Assembly (NCBI GenBank): GCA_016699385.1
Contig: CP064974.1
Location: 692,654-756,653, forward strand
DNA length: 64,000 nucleotides
Reading direction: 5' to 3'
From: Candidatus Moraniibacteriota bacterium
Lineage (GTDB): Bacteria > Patescibacteriota > Minisyncoccia > Moranbacterales > UBA1568
A program made the position numbers and the translations under genes. Position 1 is the first letter of the stretch. Each line of letters starts with the position of its first letter. Of this stretch, positions 1-9,890 are shown piece after piece. The notes beneath the pieces are model-generated. The model was not told the DNA's origin and searched no databases. It worked only from the letters and a program-made list of their open reading frames with translations.

Positions 1-617
1 TCCTGTTCTGCGACAGCAAGATCATACGGCGCTTTCTTCTTCGACACCCACCAGGCAGCAAGAAGATAGAAAATAACCCATACAAGAAATGCTCCACCAA
101 GGAAAGGAGACAAGATAAATAATGTCACAAGAATCCCCATCAAGTTAACCAGCGTCATCCATATCGAAAAAACAAACTGATCAAACAAATCCTCGAATGA
201 CTTCACATATCGTTTTGCCTTCGCTACCAAACTCCCTACGAAATTCCCCGAGAAAAAATGATAGCTATGTTGCTCCAACGCCGAAAATGTCCGATCGGAC
301 ACATGCTTCATGATCCGACTCTGCGCATACACTATAGAATAATCTCCCGCTCGATAGAACAGTTGGTACGCCACAATACAAACAACGAGCCAATGGAAAT
401 TCTGGAAGAGAAGCTCAACAACATCGCCTCGAACATCCGCGGTAGACACAGTATCGATAATACTCCGATAGACCAATGGGAGAATCGCATTGGAAATCAA
501 TGTCGCGAATCCATACGCAACAAACATGAAAAACATCCAAAAGCGATACCCCTTAAATGAAGGTGCATACGATAAAAAAACTCTCACGAGTAAATTATTC
601 GACTTTCGTTCTGACAT
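1..617 (-). CDS. ABC transporter transmembrane domain (MsbA-like), partial; runs off window start
   Basis: Manual translation of the minus strand from the ATG at 617 gives MSERKSNNLLVRVFLSYAPSFKGYRFW..., and the frame stays open to position 1. The product has hydrophobic helices typical of an ABC exporter TMD. It is absent from the ORF track because it has no stop in the window. Confidence 0.5.
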   Translation of the reverse strand, partial: MSERKSNNLLVRVFLSYAPSFKGYRFWMFFMFVAYGFATLISNAILPLVYRSIIDTVSTADVRGDVVELLFQNFHWLVVCIVAYQLFYRAGDYSIVYAQSRIMKHVSDRTFSALEQHSYHFFSGNFVGSLVAKAKRYVKSFEDLFDQFVFSIWMTLVNLMGILVTLFILSPFLGGAFLVWVIFYLLAAWWVSKKKAPYDLAVAEQ

Positions 618-782
618 ACACAATTTCTACGGACGAAATATCCCCATCCAAAGACGGGGATATTTCAAAAGCTTTATTCTAAACACTGTTGTGGGGGAAA
701 GATTTTCCCAGTCATCCGACGGAGCATCCGGTTGAATGACCGGATGAGCCTACAATCAACTCAATACTCCTCGTTCTCCATA

Positions 783-857
<75 letters not shown>

Positions 858-1084
858 ATATTTGAGTTGCTCTTTTCCGCAACCTGATTTCCAATATTTT
901 TCTCTTTTTCTTGCTGTTAACCTGTCATCGCAATACTCAATAATTTTCACGGACAAAATCTCCTTCTGTCTTGTTGATTGAGTTTTTCCTCTTTTATGTT
1001 CACTAAGCCTTCTTTCGAAGTTATCAGTCATTCCAACATACACAGTTCCATTCAAAAAGTAAAGTGCATACACTGTGTACATAA

Positions 1085-1165
1085 ATTTGAACCTGCAACC
1101 TCCTGGTTACCTGCCTGCCGGCAGGCAGGTGAGCCAGGCGAGCTGCCAGACTGCTCCACCCCGCG
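1085..1165 (-). pseudogene. Truncated tRNA-fMet copy (positions 1 to about 60) with a 20-nt perfect palindrome inserted in the anticodon
   Basis: Matches the tRNA-fMet at 784-857 from the acceptor 5' end through the T loop with one SNP. It lacks the 3' half of the T stem and the acceptor 3' strand. CCTGCCTGCCGGCAGGCAGG is inserted at 1110-1129 between anticodon positions 35 and 36. Confidence 0.6.
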
Positions 1166-1220
1166 ATAAATACTGCGCTATACTTCCCAAGAGTACAGAG
1201 AACTCTCAAAAAAGTCAATG

Positions 1221-1294
1221 TGGGCGTGCCAAGATTCGAACTTGGGACCTCGACATTATCAGTGTCGCGCTCTAACCACCTGAGCTACACGCCC
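1221..1294 (-). tRNA. tRNA-Ile (anticodon GAT)
   Basis: GGGCGTG acceptor, D arm GCTC/GAGC, anticodon stem CGACA/TGTCG, loop CTGATAA, T arm CCAAG TTCGAAT CTTGG, discriminator A. Confidence 0.9.
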
Positions 1295-1360
1295 AAAAAC
1301 CAACAAACGCGCCGAAGCACTTCAGAGAAAACTTACCAGAAAAACACTCCGAATGCAAGG

Positions 1361-2032
1361 CTAGCACTCCAAGAGATGACCATTCTCCTTGAGCCACCGT
1401 CGTTCTCGCTCAAAGTTGGGACACATAACCGCGACCGCTTGCCAAAACTTCCGCGAATGATTGGGATGCGCGAGATGTGCAAGTTCATGAGCAACCACGT
1501 AATCAATAACCGAAATCGGCGCCATCACCAAACGAAAAGTGAAGTTGAGATTCCCCTTCCCACTACATGACCCCCAGCGCGTCCGTGCGGTATTTATCCT
1601 GACTGAGCGATACACGAGCCCGTGCTTCTGTACAAAAAATGCGACGCGCTCCAAGAGAACTTTCTTCGCCTCTCGCCTATACCACGCAAGCAATCGATCT
1701 TTTGCTCGGCTCAGAAATCGCTCTGCAAGAACAAATTCGCCATTCGAAAAATTCAGAGAGTACTTCCCTGTTGCCGATATTCGAAGTGGGTATTGCTCTC
1801 CAAGATACCAGAAGCGTTCACCTTCACCGTATTGGTGCAAAGATACACGAAGATGAGCTTGCATCCGTTCCAGCGTCCGACGAATCCAATCAACATTGCG
1901 TTCAACAAATGATTCGATACATCCGACCGACGTCCATATTGGCGCTCGCACCGTAAGTGTTGCATCACGCGTCACAGAAAGCGCGACGCTCTTTCGCTTC
2001 GAGCGCACGAGTGTATAAGGAAATGACGACAT
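1361..2032 (-). CDS. YgjP/DUF45-family metal-dependent hydrolase (HEXXH)
   Basis: 223 aa with a C-terminal HELAHLAHPNHSRKFW motif typical of COG1451/DUF45 (SprT-like zinc hydrolase). Confidence 0.6.
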   Translation of the reverse strand: MSSFPYTLVRSKRKSVALSVTRDATLTVRAPIWTSVGCIESFVERNVDWIRRTLERMQAHLRVSLHQYGEGERFWYLGEQYPLRISATGKYSLNFSNGEFVLAERFLSRAKDRLLAWYRREAKKVLLERVAFFVQKHGLVYRSVRINTARTRWGSCSGKGNLNFTFRLVMAPISVIDYVVAHELAHLAHPNHSRKFWQAVAVMCPNFERERRWLKENGHLLEC

Positions 2033-2179
2033 AGAAATCTTCCCTTACTACAAATCCATCTCAGCATTACCCGAACGCAAAAGTTCGACAAGTTTCTCCG
2101 ACACGAAATCCGCGGTATCCATTGGTGATTGAGACTTATTTTCGATATGAATGAGATTTTTGTTGGGAAAAATCCCCTG

Positions 2180-2255
2180 TGGTGGACTGTAGGAGATTCG
2201 AACTCCTGACCCCCGCATTGCAAATGCGGTGCTCTACCAACTGAGCTAACAGCCC
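2180..2255 (-). tRNA. tRNA-Ala (anticodon TGC), CCA encoded
   Basis: GGGCTGT acceptor with the G3:U70 Ala identity pair, anticodon loop TTTGCAA, T arm AGGAG TTCGAAT CTCCT, ACCA 3' end encoded. Confidence 0.9.
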
Positions 2256-2506
2256 AAAAAACACACGATATTCAAAATTCAAAGAGCGAAAAATGCGCTC
2301 TTTAAAAGTGCCTCCATTGTAGGGAAAAGAAAGCAATTTGTCCACTCAAGCAAAATCCCGACAGAATATGTCGGGATTTTCTTGTTGAGAGGATGTCTCC
2401 CTGTATGGGAGAAAGGGCGGAGATCTCCGTCCCTCTTGTATTGAGGGGCTCGTCCGATAAAGGACAAAGCGATGAGTGGTGGCAAATTGTATATTAGTAT
2501 TGGTGT

Positions 2507-3349
2507 TTACATAGGCGTGGCGTTTCGTGAAGAATTGAGATGAACACGATGAAGGAGCAAGCGATATACAATACCTGCTGCCACAATTTCGAGGCATCCA
2601 ATGAGTCCAAGCGCTATCATGCCAATCGTACGAACCACTGTTTCCGACAACAGAAAGGTCGGAAAGGCTGTTAAAAAGTAATCATCGCGAGGAAGTGAAG
2701 TCGTCTCTGTACGACTTGCAAGAGGAGCTGCTGAAATATCCACATGAGAAGGATGATTCATTGCTTCAGTCTGCTCACGAGAAGCTACTGCTCCTGAAAC
2801 CACTGGAGAATCATTCGAGATATTCTTCCAAGGAGACGTATCAGCAATCGATTCACCAAATCGAGTTCCAAAAAGCTCGACCGTGAGAATCGTTGTCTTC
2901 CCATTCCAAGGAATCTCGGCAACTGCGATACCCGTTTCAACATATTTCGGGGAAAGAATATTCTCTCGATGCTTCTCACTTGCCATCCATGCTGATTCTT
3001 CACTTTCCACGTTTGTAAAATGAATTGCGAGATTCTCTCCGGCATAGCGATAGGTATACCCTGCCTTCTCGAAGAAATACCAAGGCGTCGTGCCATCTGG
3101 CGACGTATGGGAGAAATATTCTTTTGTCGCCATATCCTTTGCCTTCGCTGCTGCCGCCTCAGAAAGAGTCTCGTCAAGACGAAGAGGAGAGAGTCCGGCT
3201 GCCACACGATCCTGATTGACCTGATCAGCAACCTCTTGAGAGGAAAACGTCCCTGATTCCGCAAAAGCCTGCATAGGAACAAAAAGAAGCATGGCGAGAG
3301 CGACACCTTTTGTGAAGCATGTGGCAAATTGAAGGCAAATGTGTTTCAT
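2507..3349 (-). CDS. CAP/SCP/PR-1-like secreted protein (YkwD-like)
   Basis: Signal peptide, a CAP-domain-like core (DRVAAGLSPL...YAGENLA...SEKHRENIL) and a C-terminal hydrophobic anchor. Confidence 0.55.
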   Translation of the reverse strand: MKHICLQFATCFTKGVALAMLLFVPMQAFAESGTFSSQEVADQVNQDRVAAGLSPLRLDETLSEAAAAKAKDMATKEYFSHTSPDGTTPWYFFEKAGYTYRYAGENLAIHFTNVESEESAWMASEKHRENILSPKYVETGIAVAEIPWNGKTTILTVELFGTRFGESIADTSPWKNISNDSPVVSGAVASREQTEAMNHPSHVDISAAPLASRTETTSLPRDDYFLTAFPTFLLSETVVRTIGMIALGLIGCLEIVAAGIVYRLLLHRVHLNSSRNATPM

Positions 3350-3537
3350 AGGGCTTCCCCACAGGGGAAATGCTTAAAAAAAGAGGAAACGGGCGTTGTT
3401 CACCCGTTTCCTCATTGATTACACATCCATTATACCCCAGAAAACCACCCTTGTCAAACTAGACAAAGAAAATCGCGCCTCCTCACCGCGACTTTCCAGT
3501 CCTCCCTCTTCACCTCTATCAAACAACATCGAAAATC

Positions 3538-3948
3538 TTATGGACCAAAAAACACATCTCGAAAGGTCTCCGGCGTCTTTTCGTGTTCCGCCACTCGCGC
3601 ATCAAGCATACCAAGCGCTGAATTGAATCGTTCCTGTTGAAACTTCACTTGCTTGTTCTTGGACAGCCGATAGGATTGTTCTTCATCGGCACTCCAGTGA
3701 AACGCATACAGACTCTGATACCACGAAAAAACTCCCAAACCGGCAACAACAAGAAAAAGGAGGAGGAATACCCATGAGCTCCACTGCCGCCACCAAAGCC
3801 CTGCAACTCCAAGCGACCTCGAAAGAGAAAAATTCTTCGGAAGAGAAAGTGTCAACATAGCGCGTATGATAAAACTAGGGAGTGGTATAGATAACCGTCG
3901 AAAAAGATGCCTGCACTTCTGGAGGACGCTCTGGAGATACTTGCACAT
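3538..3948 (-). CDS. Small membrane protein (hypothetical), last gene of the pilus operon; the real start is probably M31 near 3858
   Basis: One predicted TM helix. The ORF as given overlaps the upstream gene by 74 nt, so an internal ATG start is more likely. Confidence 0.25.
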   Translation of the reverse strand: MCKYLQSVLQKCRHLFRRLSIPLPSFIIRAMLTLSLPKNFSLSRSLGVAGLWWRQWSSWVFLLLFLVVAGLGVFSWYQSLYAFHWSADEEQSYRLSKNKQVKFQQERFNSALGMLDARVAEHEKTPETFRDVFFGP

Positions 3949-4666
3949 CCTGAGGAGATGCTACCGACACAGAGGACGATTTCACAGCAAAAGGACTCGA
4001 TGAAACACCAGACACAGAAACCGGCACTGACTGCCCATCATCCGCTGTTTCTGCTGGAGAAATCTCCACAGACAACACATCGAGCAATACCGGCATCGTA
4101 TCGAGCTTCTGAAGAAATGCAAGCACATGATTATACGTACCCGTTACCTTGAACGTGATAAAGATAGATCGCTCTTCTGGCAACAACGACACAAGTATAT
4201 CTTTTGTCGGTGCCTCCCCCGTTTTTTCTGAGGACGCCGGTTCATCACTCGTTGGTACAACACTCTTCACCAACATCTTCTTTGCCGGAGGAGCCGCAAG
4301 AAGTGAAGTTGGAGAAGCCTCAGAGAGTACGGAAACACCAAGCTCCTGTCCAATTGACTCAAGAGACTCTACCAGCGAAACAATATGATCTTTCGGCAAA
4401 AAAACTTCGAGCTTTCCGTCCGCCGCCTGGATACGCTCCCACGTCTCACGCATGTTAGAAATCCCTGCTGATTGCTCTTCGAGCATCTTTCTATCAACCA
4501 TCGCCTGTTGAATCGACTCCATCTTTCCTTGATTGTTCTCCAAGATACGAACGACACCGAAGTAGATAAGCGCCACAAAAAACCCCGTCATACCAAGAGC
4601 GACGATAATTTCCCGTGATTGTTTCCAAAAAATTAACATACCAGGAAGATAAGAAATCTTTAACAA
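3875..4666 (-). CDS. pilO: PilO-like type IV pilus assembly protein
   Basis: N-terminal TM helix followed by a coiled-coil and a periplasmic domain. It lies directly downstream of pilN and pilM on the same strand. Confidence 0.45.
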   Translation of the reverse strand: MLKISYLPGMLIFWKQSREIIVALGMTGFFVALIYFGVVRILENNQGKMESIQQAMVDRKMLEEQSAGISNMRETWERIQAADGKLEVFLPKDHIVSLVESLESIGQELGVSVLSEASPTSLLAAPPAKKMLVKSVVPTSDEPASSEKTGEAPTKDILVSLLPEERSIFITFKVTGTYNHVLAFLQKLDTMPVLLDVLSVEISPAETADDGQSVPVSVSGVSSSPFAVKSSSVSVASPQDVQVSPERPPEVQASFSTVIYTTP

Positions 4667-4689
4667 GAAGCAAGCACACCTCGCAATCT

Positions 4690-5292
4690 CTACTCTTTCT
4701 GAGTGTCAACAAGGCACGATTTCCGTATAGTGGCGCTTAGCTGAAAATCGATATCTTCTTTCACAAGTTTGTCAGAGAGCGGTACCGTCGCATTCAAAAA
4801 ACAATCAGAGTTATTCATAGAATTTTCAAGAGCGAGCAGTGCCTCACGATTCGGCGCCGTACCGCTTGCTGAAAATGAAAGATCATTTCCGGCAAGCACC
4901 TTTGTATAGAACACTCCAAGAGGTGTCGCTCTATCAATTACCTGAAAGAAATGTGTCCATGAAACATGCTCTCCAAGAAGTCGGGAAATTTCTGATACTT
5001 GTTTATTGGTGTCTTGAAAAGTTTTCTCATATGACTCGATTTCTTTCTTTCCAGAAACAGTGGACGTCCCATCATTGGATAAGAGACCCTGCGCCGCCGA
5101 CAACTGTGAAGAAAGGAGCGCAGAAATACCAAGAAGCGCACAGCAATAGAAAAATCCGAGGAAAATAATACCAGAACCCTGCGCAACAACCATGCGAAAG
5201 CGCGTTTGCTTTCGCATCTCTGATTTTTTTTCAGCTGGAAGAAGATTAAGCAGGATTTTCATAGTTTCGTATACCGCGGAGCGCAAGTCCAA
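4690..5292 (-). CDS. pilN: PilN-like type IV pilus assembly protein
   Basis: N-terminal NLLPAEKK motif (PilN INLLP signature), a single TM helix and a periplasmic domain. It overlaps the 3' end of pilM. Confidence 0.55.
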   Translation of the reverse strand: MDLRSAVYETMKILLNLLPAEKKSEMRKQTRFRMVVAQGSGIIFLGFFYCCALLGISALLSSQLSAAQGLLSNDGTSTVSGKKEIESYEKTFQDTNKQVSEISRLLGEHVSWTHFFQVIDRATPLGVFYTKVLAGNDLSFSASGTAPNREALLALENSMNNSDCFLNATVPLSDKLVKEDIDFQLSATIRKSCLVDTQKE

Positions 5293-6367
5293 GCGCCGTT
5301 GAGTACTGCACTGACTGCTTTTTATTGATTACAGGGATAGATTTCCCAATGTGGAGATTGACCCAAGGGTTTCCAAATTCAACAGGCTTTCCCATTTTCC
5401 TTGCAAGATACGGGAGTATGCCACGCATATTGGAGCCACCACCACATAGAACCACTTTGTCTACCGCCGAAGAATACCGAAGCGTATTGAGATAGAAGTC
5501 CACCGACCTCTCCATCTCTGCTGTAAGACTCGAAAGCACTGGCTCCACCATACAAAAAAGCGGGTCGCCTTTCGTCTGTGAACCAATACCCTCAGAAATC
5601 TTGATACGTTCTGCTTCCTCAAACGGCACATTCATTCCCTTTGCAATAGAGTCAGTAATCATCTGAGACGAAAGCGGAATACTTGATGTAAAAACAGGAA
5701 TATTCCCAAGCGCAATCAAAAAACTCGTTCGCCGATCGCCGATATCAATAATGAGCGTCGTCACATCGCTTTCTTCTTCAGGAAGGAGAATACGCGCCTG
5801 CGCAATCGATTCCGTTTCAAAGCCCACTACCTCAAGCCCGGCGGATTCGAGCGCACCGACAAACTGATCGACAACCGATCGCGCAACTGCCACAACCAGA
5901 ACACTCATTTTTCCCGCATCTCGAGTGATATTGCGATCAAGAATTTGATAATCGTAGTACACCTGATCAAGCGTAAGTGGAATATTCGCCTCAATTTCCC
6001 ATTTAATCGCTTCCGTCACCTCGTCCGCATCCATCTTCGGCAAACTCACAATACGCAAGAACGCCTTCGTCTCCGGCAATGAACAAAAAACGCGACGAGA
6101 ATGAATCTTCCCTGGACCTGCCACCTGAAGAAGTGCCTTCACGCCAGCAATAACCGCTTCTTCTTTCAAAATTTTTCCATCAGACACGGATTCAAATGGG
6201 AGGTTGACGGCGCCATAACTCACAATCTTATCCCGCTCGCCCTCTTCATCAAGAAACACTGCCTTAAGAGACAGGTCGCTCAAATCCAACCCAAACGGTC
6301 GTGGCGTGAGTCGAAAGATATTTCTATTCCAAAGAGACATTTTGTTTGAATTTGTTTTGACGAACAA
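5246..6367 (-). CDS. pilM: PilM type IV pilus assembly ATPase-fold protein (actin-like)
   Basis: 373 aa with two actin/FtsA-like subdomains (LDLSDLSLKAVFLDEEG..., IIDIGDRRTSFLI..., VVLCGGGS). Confidence 0.7.
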   Translation of the reverse strand: MFVKTNSNKMSLWNRNIFRLTPRPFGLDLSDLSLKAVFLDEEGERDKIVSYGAVNLPFESVSDGKILKEEAVIAGVKALLQVAGPGKIHSRRVFCSLPETKAFLRIVSLPKMDADEVTEAIKWEIEANIPLTLDQVYYDYQILDRNITRDAGKMSVLVVAVARSVVDQFVGALESAGLEVVGFETESIAQARILLPEEESDVTTLIIDIGDRRTSFLIALGNIPVFTSSIPLSSQMITDSIAKGMNVPFEEAERIKISEGIGSQTKGDPLFCMVEPVLSSLTAEMERSVDFYLNTLRYSSAVDKVVLCGGGSNMRGILPYLARKMGKPVEFGNPWVNLHIGKSIPVINKKQSVQYSTALGLALRGIRNYENPA

Positions 6368-6382
6368 TGCCTATTCATTTTA

Positions 6383-7825
6383 TCACAGCTCTTCCCACAA
6401 ATCTATCAGATACTGCTTTCCTGTCGGGAAATATGGTGGTGGCGAAATAGAAAGATTTTCATCGAAATGAAGTTCGCGATCCTGATACCCTGTACCGTCC
6501 GTATATCCAAATCCAATACGTCCTTTCGATGCTATAGCACCAAAGATAGTAATCTTATTTTTTATATTCCCGTAATTCGCCCGCTGCACCGCACCCTTCT
6601 GAGCAAGAAGCGCCCCGTTTATCTCTAGGTTATTTGCAGAATCATAAGGAAAATCTATCGATCCCTCCGCAATAAATCCAAGCGCTTCTTGTCCGCCACT
6701 TCCATTCTTATATACTGCGCCGTCAATAATGTAAAGATTGGGATCGGTTCCAAATTCAAGGTCAGTAACAGCAAGAGTCATTCGTTCAGCATCCACCTCC
6801 ACTCCAGATACACCCTTACCGTCAAACCATACAGTATCTTCCACAAAAATAAGCCCCTTAGAAGGGAAATCTTTAGAGATTTTTGTAGAGTTATCAAGCT
6901 TGGTAATAGTATTTCGACTACTGTTAATTGTTTTTACCTCAGTAATGTCATATCCTGTTGGCTTGAAAGTGACAAGATATCCATACTGACCGCTTGGTCC
7001 GTAGTAGTGCGCTGCTGACCCGCTATTCTTTGCAATATCCTTCATGTACGAAAGGTCAGCAGTCACACTATTGAAATCAATAGTTGTCACGGGAAAGTTT
7101 TTTCCACCAAGAAATACTGAGTTACCAAGCGTTGTATTGTATTCCGTCCCCGGCCAATCACCTGTCCAAACTCCCGGACGTTCACAGCTATTTACAGTCG
7201 ACGTATCAGGATCGTCATAGCATGTCACCCCAGCAGACACAACATTATGTGCCACACCATCAAAACGGATACCGCCATTCCCATGCATCGGACCAAAAAT
7301 CTCTGTTGAACTACTCAATCGAAACGGATCGTTCCCAAGAATCATATACTCGCTCCAACTTGGTCGACGAAATCGAACCCGTATAGTGCGCGTATGACTC
7401 GGGTATTGATATGTCCACCCGGTCGACTCAAGCGTGAAGAGCGTTGAATTTGCCACGGGCGGTGTCACTGTAATGCGATATTTCCCCAATCCCTGGAAAT
7501 CATCTTCATAATCACTCCCGACACCAAGTGGCGACGGACTCGTAGATTGCCAAAATTCATTAATCTGCTCCGTATTTTTCCCATCAAGCTGATGAGCAAT
7601 GTACCATCGATAGAAATGCGCCCCCGCCTCCGCTACTTGAAGCGACTGCTCCCGAGAAGCTACAAACAATCCGTATTTCAAATGTGACACAACATACGAA
7701 ATAACACCGGAGAATATAATCGTTGCTATCGTCGTCACGACAAGCACAAACACCAGTGCAGACCCACGAATCTTTGACAGACGCCGAGAAAATATAGTAC
7801 GCAAGAAAGAAAATGGTAGAGACAT
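6383..7825 (-). CDS. PilX-like minor pilin / pilus tip-associated protein
   Basis: N-terminus RGSALVFVLVVTTIATIIFSGV resembles the PilX_N hydrophobic segment. A large extracellular domain follows, and the gene lies within the pilin gene cluster. Confidence 0.45.
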   Translation of the reverse strand: MSLPFSFLRTIFSRRLSKIRGSALVFVLVVTTIATIIFSGVISYVVSHLKYGLFVASREQSLQVAEAGAHFYRWYIAHQLDGKNTEQINEFWQSTSPSPLGVGSDYEDDFQGLGKYRITVTPPVANSTLFTLESTGWTYQYPSHTRTIRVRFRRPSWSEYMILGNDPFRLSSSTEIFGPMHGNGGIRFDGVAHNVVSAGVTCYDDPDTSTVNSCERPGVWTGDWPGTEYNTTLGNSVFLGGKNFPVTTIDFNSVTADLSYMKDIAKNSGSAAHYYGPSGQYGYLVTFKPTGYDITEVKTINSSRNTITKLDNSTKISKDFPSKGLIFVEDTVWFDGKGVSGVEVDAERMTLAVTDLEFGTDPNLYIIDGAVYKNGSGGQEALGFIAEGSIDFPYDSANNLEINGALLAQKGAVQRANYGNIKNKITIFGAIASKGRIGFGYTDGTGYQDRELHFDENLSISPPPYFPTGKQYLIDLWEEL

Positions 7826-7829
7826 AGGT

Positions 7830-8441
7830 TTATTTTCTCCAGAGATTTCTCAAGGAAGCAAATGATGAGATTTCAACAGCATGTGAACCCGCGAGAGGAG
7901 TTGCATCAACTAAAATAGAAACATGAACCATACGGACATCTGCGAGTGTTGGTGTTGCTGAAAGTGCAGCGTTGGTCCTGTCATAATAGGAAAAAACTGG
8001 TTCAGAACCATCATTCACAACAGAAGTAGCAACAACAGATACTGAATCATCACTTGCTGGATATGTTGGTGGCGTCGTCGTCGATGGATTAGTCACTCCA
8101 TATTTAATAGTCTTTGGCGTAGTGGATGTATCATAAAATAAATGCACTCGTTCTATTATTCCATCATGATTCTCATCGGCAAAAAATGAAAATTCTGTTG
8201 CCGTTGCCTGCGCAACAGGAAACGAGCCATCAGCACCTGTTTGCGCATTACGTATAAGATCCACCATTCCCTCAACACCACGTGATGCTGCAAACGAGTC
8301 CTGTCCAGTCTGCATTGTAAATGACTGTGTTCGCCAGACACTTGCCAAGAACGTCGACATGCCAAGCATAACAATCGACAGAATACCCATTGCCACAATG
8401 AGTTCCACCAAGGACATACCTCGAAGAGATGCTCGCGCCAT
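7830..8441 (-). CDS. Prepilin-type N-terminal cleavage/methylation domain protein (pseudopilin)
   Basis: MARASLRGMSLVELIVAMGILSIV: a class III signal with G at -1 and E at +5, followed by a hydrophobic helix. Confidence 0.6.
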   Translation of the reverse strand: MARASLRGMSLVELIVAMGILSIVMLGMSTFLASVWRTQSFTMQTGQDSFAASRGVEGMVDLIRNAQTGADGSFPVAQATATEFSFFADENHDGIIERVHLFYDTSTTPKTIKYGVTNPSTTTPPTYPASDDSVSVVATSVVNDGSEPVFSYYDRTNAALSATPTLADVRMVHVSILVDATPLAGSHAVEISSFASLRNLWRK

Positions 8442-8488
8442 ATTGAACTCCAAACAAAATAACATTCCTTACCAAGTATCACTCAGTA

Positions 8489-9865
8489 TCATAAAGCAAT
8501 AAGTGTCACCGATTCCTCAACAAGTCCATCTGAGATTGTCACCGTTCCGCTCTTGTTTTGATATCCAGTTGTTGTTATCTCATAGGAGTAGTCCTGAAGC
8601 AAAAGTGTTTCGCTTTCATCATGTGGGAAATACACCTTTCCAAACTGATCCGTCGTCGACGTATGGTCATACCCACTCGGATTAAGCGCATCAAAAAATC
8701 TCACTGAAGCATCCGGCACTGGAGACGTACCATCGGTCACTGTAAAGAATGCTCCCGGACGGGCATCGTCTATCGCAACCAGTGTAAAAGTATTCGGAGT
8801 CCCATCTGTACCGACTGATACAGAAAACGCATCCAAAACCGTTGCTGGATCAAGCTTCCAGTACCGGTAGGTTGAAGGAGAAATCGATGAACTCTCAACG
8901 AAATACGCTCCCGGCGGTGCGTTTGAAAGTGATACTTCACCCGTCACAGCTGTTGGAGAAAGTGAATATACCGGGCTATTTCCATCAGAAGGATTCGTCC
9001 CAAGAAGTCGTCCACCCGCAATCGAATAACTTACGGTATCCAGTGTGTCCCCAGACAATACTTCTTTTGGAGAAAATGCAATTGTGTATGACTGATCCAT
9101 CGTAAACGACACCGTTTGTAATTGACCCGACAGAATAGAAACATGCTTATAAATCGGATCAAGCGTTGACGTCGCATCAAGCGTTTCAACAGGCTCATAT
9201 CCGGACTTCGAAAGCGACACCTTGTACCGCGGCGTGAGTCTTTCATCAAGACCCACAAACAAACAGCTGCCGCTTTCGGTAATACATTGTGTCTGATTAC
9301 TGCTATCGAGATCAGTCACCGTTACTGTCACCGAAGACACGCTTGTGCCACTCGAATCAGAGACATTAACAACAAGATTGCCGCCACCAGCTGTTGTTTC
9401 TATACCATCGGGAACAAAACGCGTCGTCAGAGTAATGGCCTCTGTATCTGTCGCTCCCCACGATACTTTCACTGTCACTTTCTTCGAATCATTGGGCACT
9501 ATATCATTTGGCGACCCCCCTGCCGTCCCATCAAATGGGTCATCAATATTCTGCACAATTGTTTTCACTGTAAACGATGATCCAGCAGAAGAGACCGTTT
9601 TCTCTCGTTCGCTCGCCGGAAGCGTCCCACGAAGCGCTGTCGATATCTCATCTACAAAGCCAACATCGGTATAGGCGAGATTTCGAAGTTTTTCAAACTG
9701 TTCATTGGCTACAGAAACAGCAGCAAGCCGGCGCTTGGAGTCAAGCGCGAGTCGAGCGCCATTTGAATAGACCTCATAGAAAGACAAGGTAATAATCGAA
9801 AAAATTGCGAGCACGAGGAGTCCTTCGATAATCGTCATGCCTTTCTGGTTTTTTTTCTGTTGCAT
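8489..9865 (-). CDS. Pilin-like protein with prepilin N-terminus and a large Thr/Ser-rich extracellular domain
   Basis: Start at MQQKKNQKGMTIIEGLLVLAIFSIITL (G|MTIIE prepilin motif, 'cat' at 9863-9865). The upstream in-frame extension in the ORF track is judged non-coding. Confidence 0.55.
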   Translation of the reverse strand: MQQKKNQKGMTIIEGLLVLAIFSIITLSFYEVYSNGARLALDSKRRLAAVSVANEQFEKLRNLAYTDVGFVDEISTALRGTLPASEREKTVSSAGSSFTVKTIVQNIDDPFDGTAGGSPNDIVPNDSKKVTVKVSWGATDTEAITLTTRFVPDGIETTAGGGNLVVNVSDSSGTSVSSVTVTVTDLDSSNQTQCITESGSCLFVGLDERLTPRYKVSLSKSGYEPVETLDATSTLDPIYKHVSILSGQLQTVSFTMDQSYTIAFSPKEVLSGDTLDTVSYSIAGGRLLGTNPSDGNSPVYSLSPTAVTGEVSLSNAPPGAYFVESSSISPSTYRYWKLDPATVLDAFSVSVGTDGTPNTFTLVAIDDARPGAFFTVTDGTSPVPDASVRFFDALNPSGYDHTSTTDQFGKVYFPHDESETLLLQDYSYEITTTGYQNKSGTVTISDGLVEESVTLIAL

Positions 9866-9890
9866 GTGACAGTCACAATGGAAGAAAGCG

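Noticed and set aside
258-735. Plus-strand ORFs 258-560 and 490-735
   Set aside because: They lie antisense to a continuous minus-strand ABC-transporter TMD reading frame that runs off the window start. They have no motifs and low-complexity composition.
978-1275. ORFs 978-1169 (+), 1024-1218 (-), 1075-1275 (+)
   Set aside because: They overlap the tRNA-fMet copies and tRNA-Ile and translate tRNA sequence (repeated GEPGELPDCSTPR from both tRNA copies). They are artefacts of the tRNA repeats.
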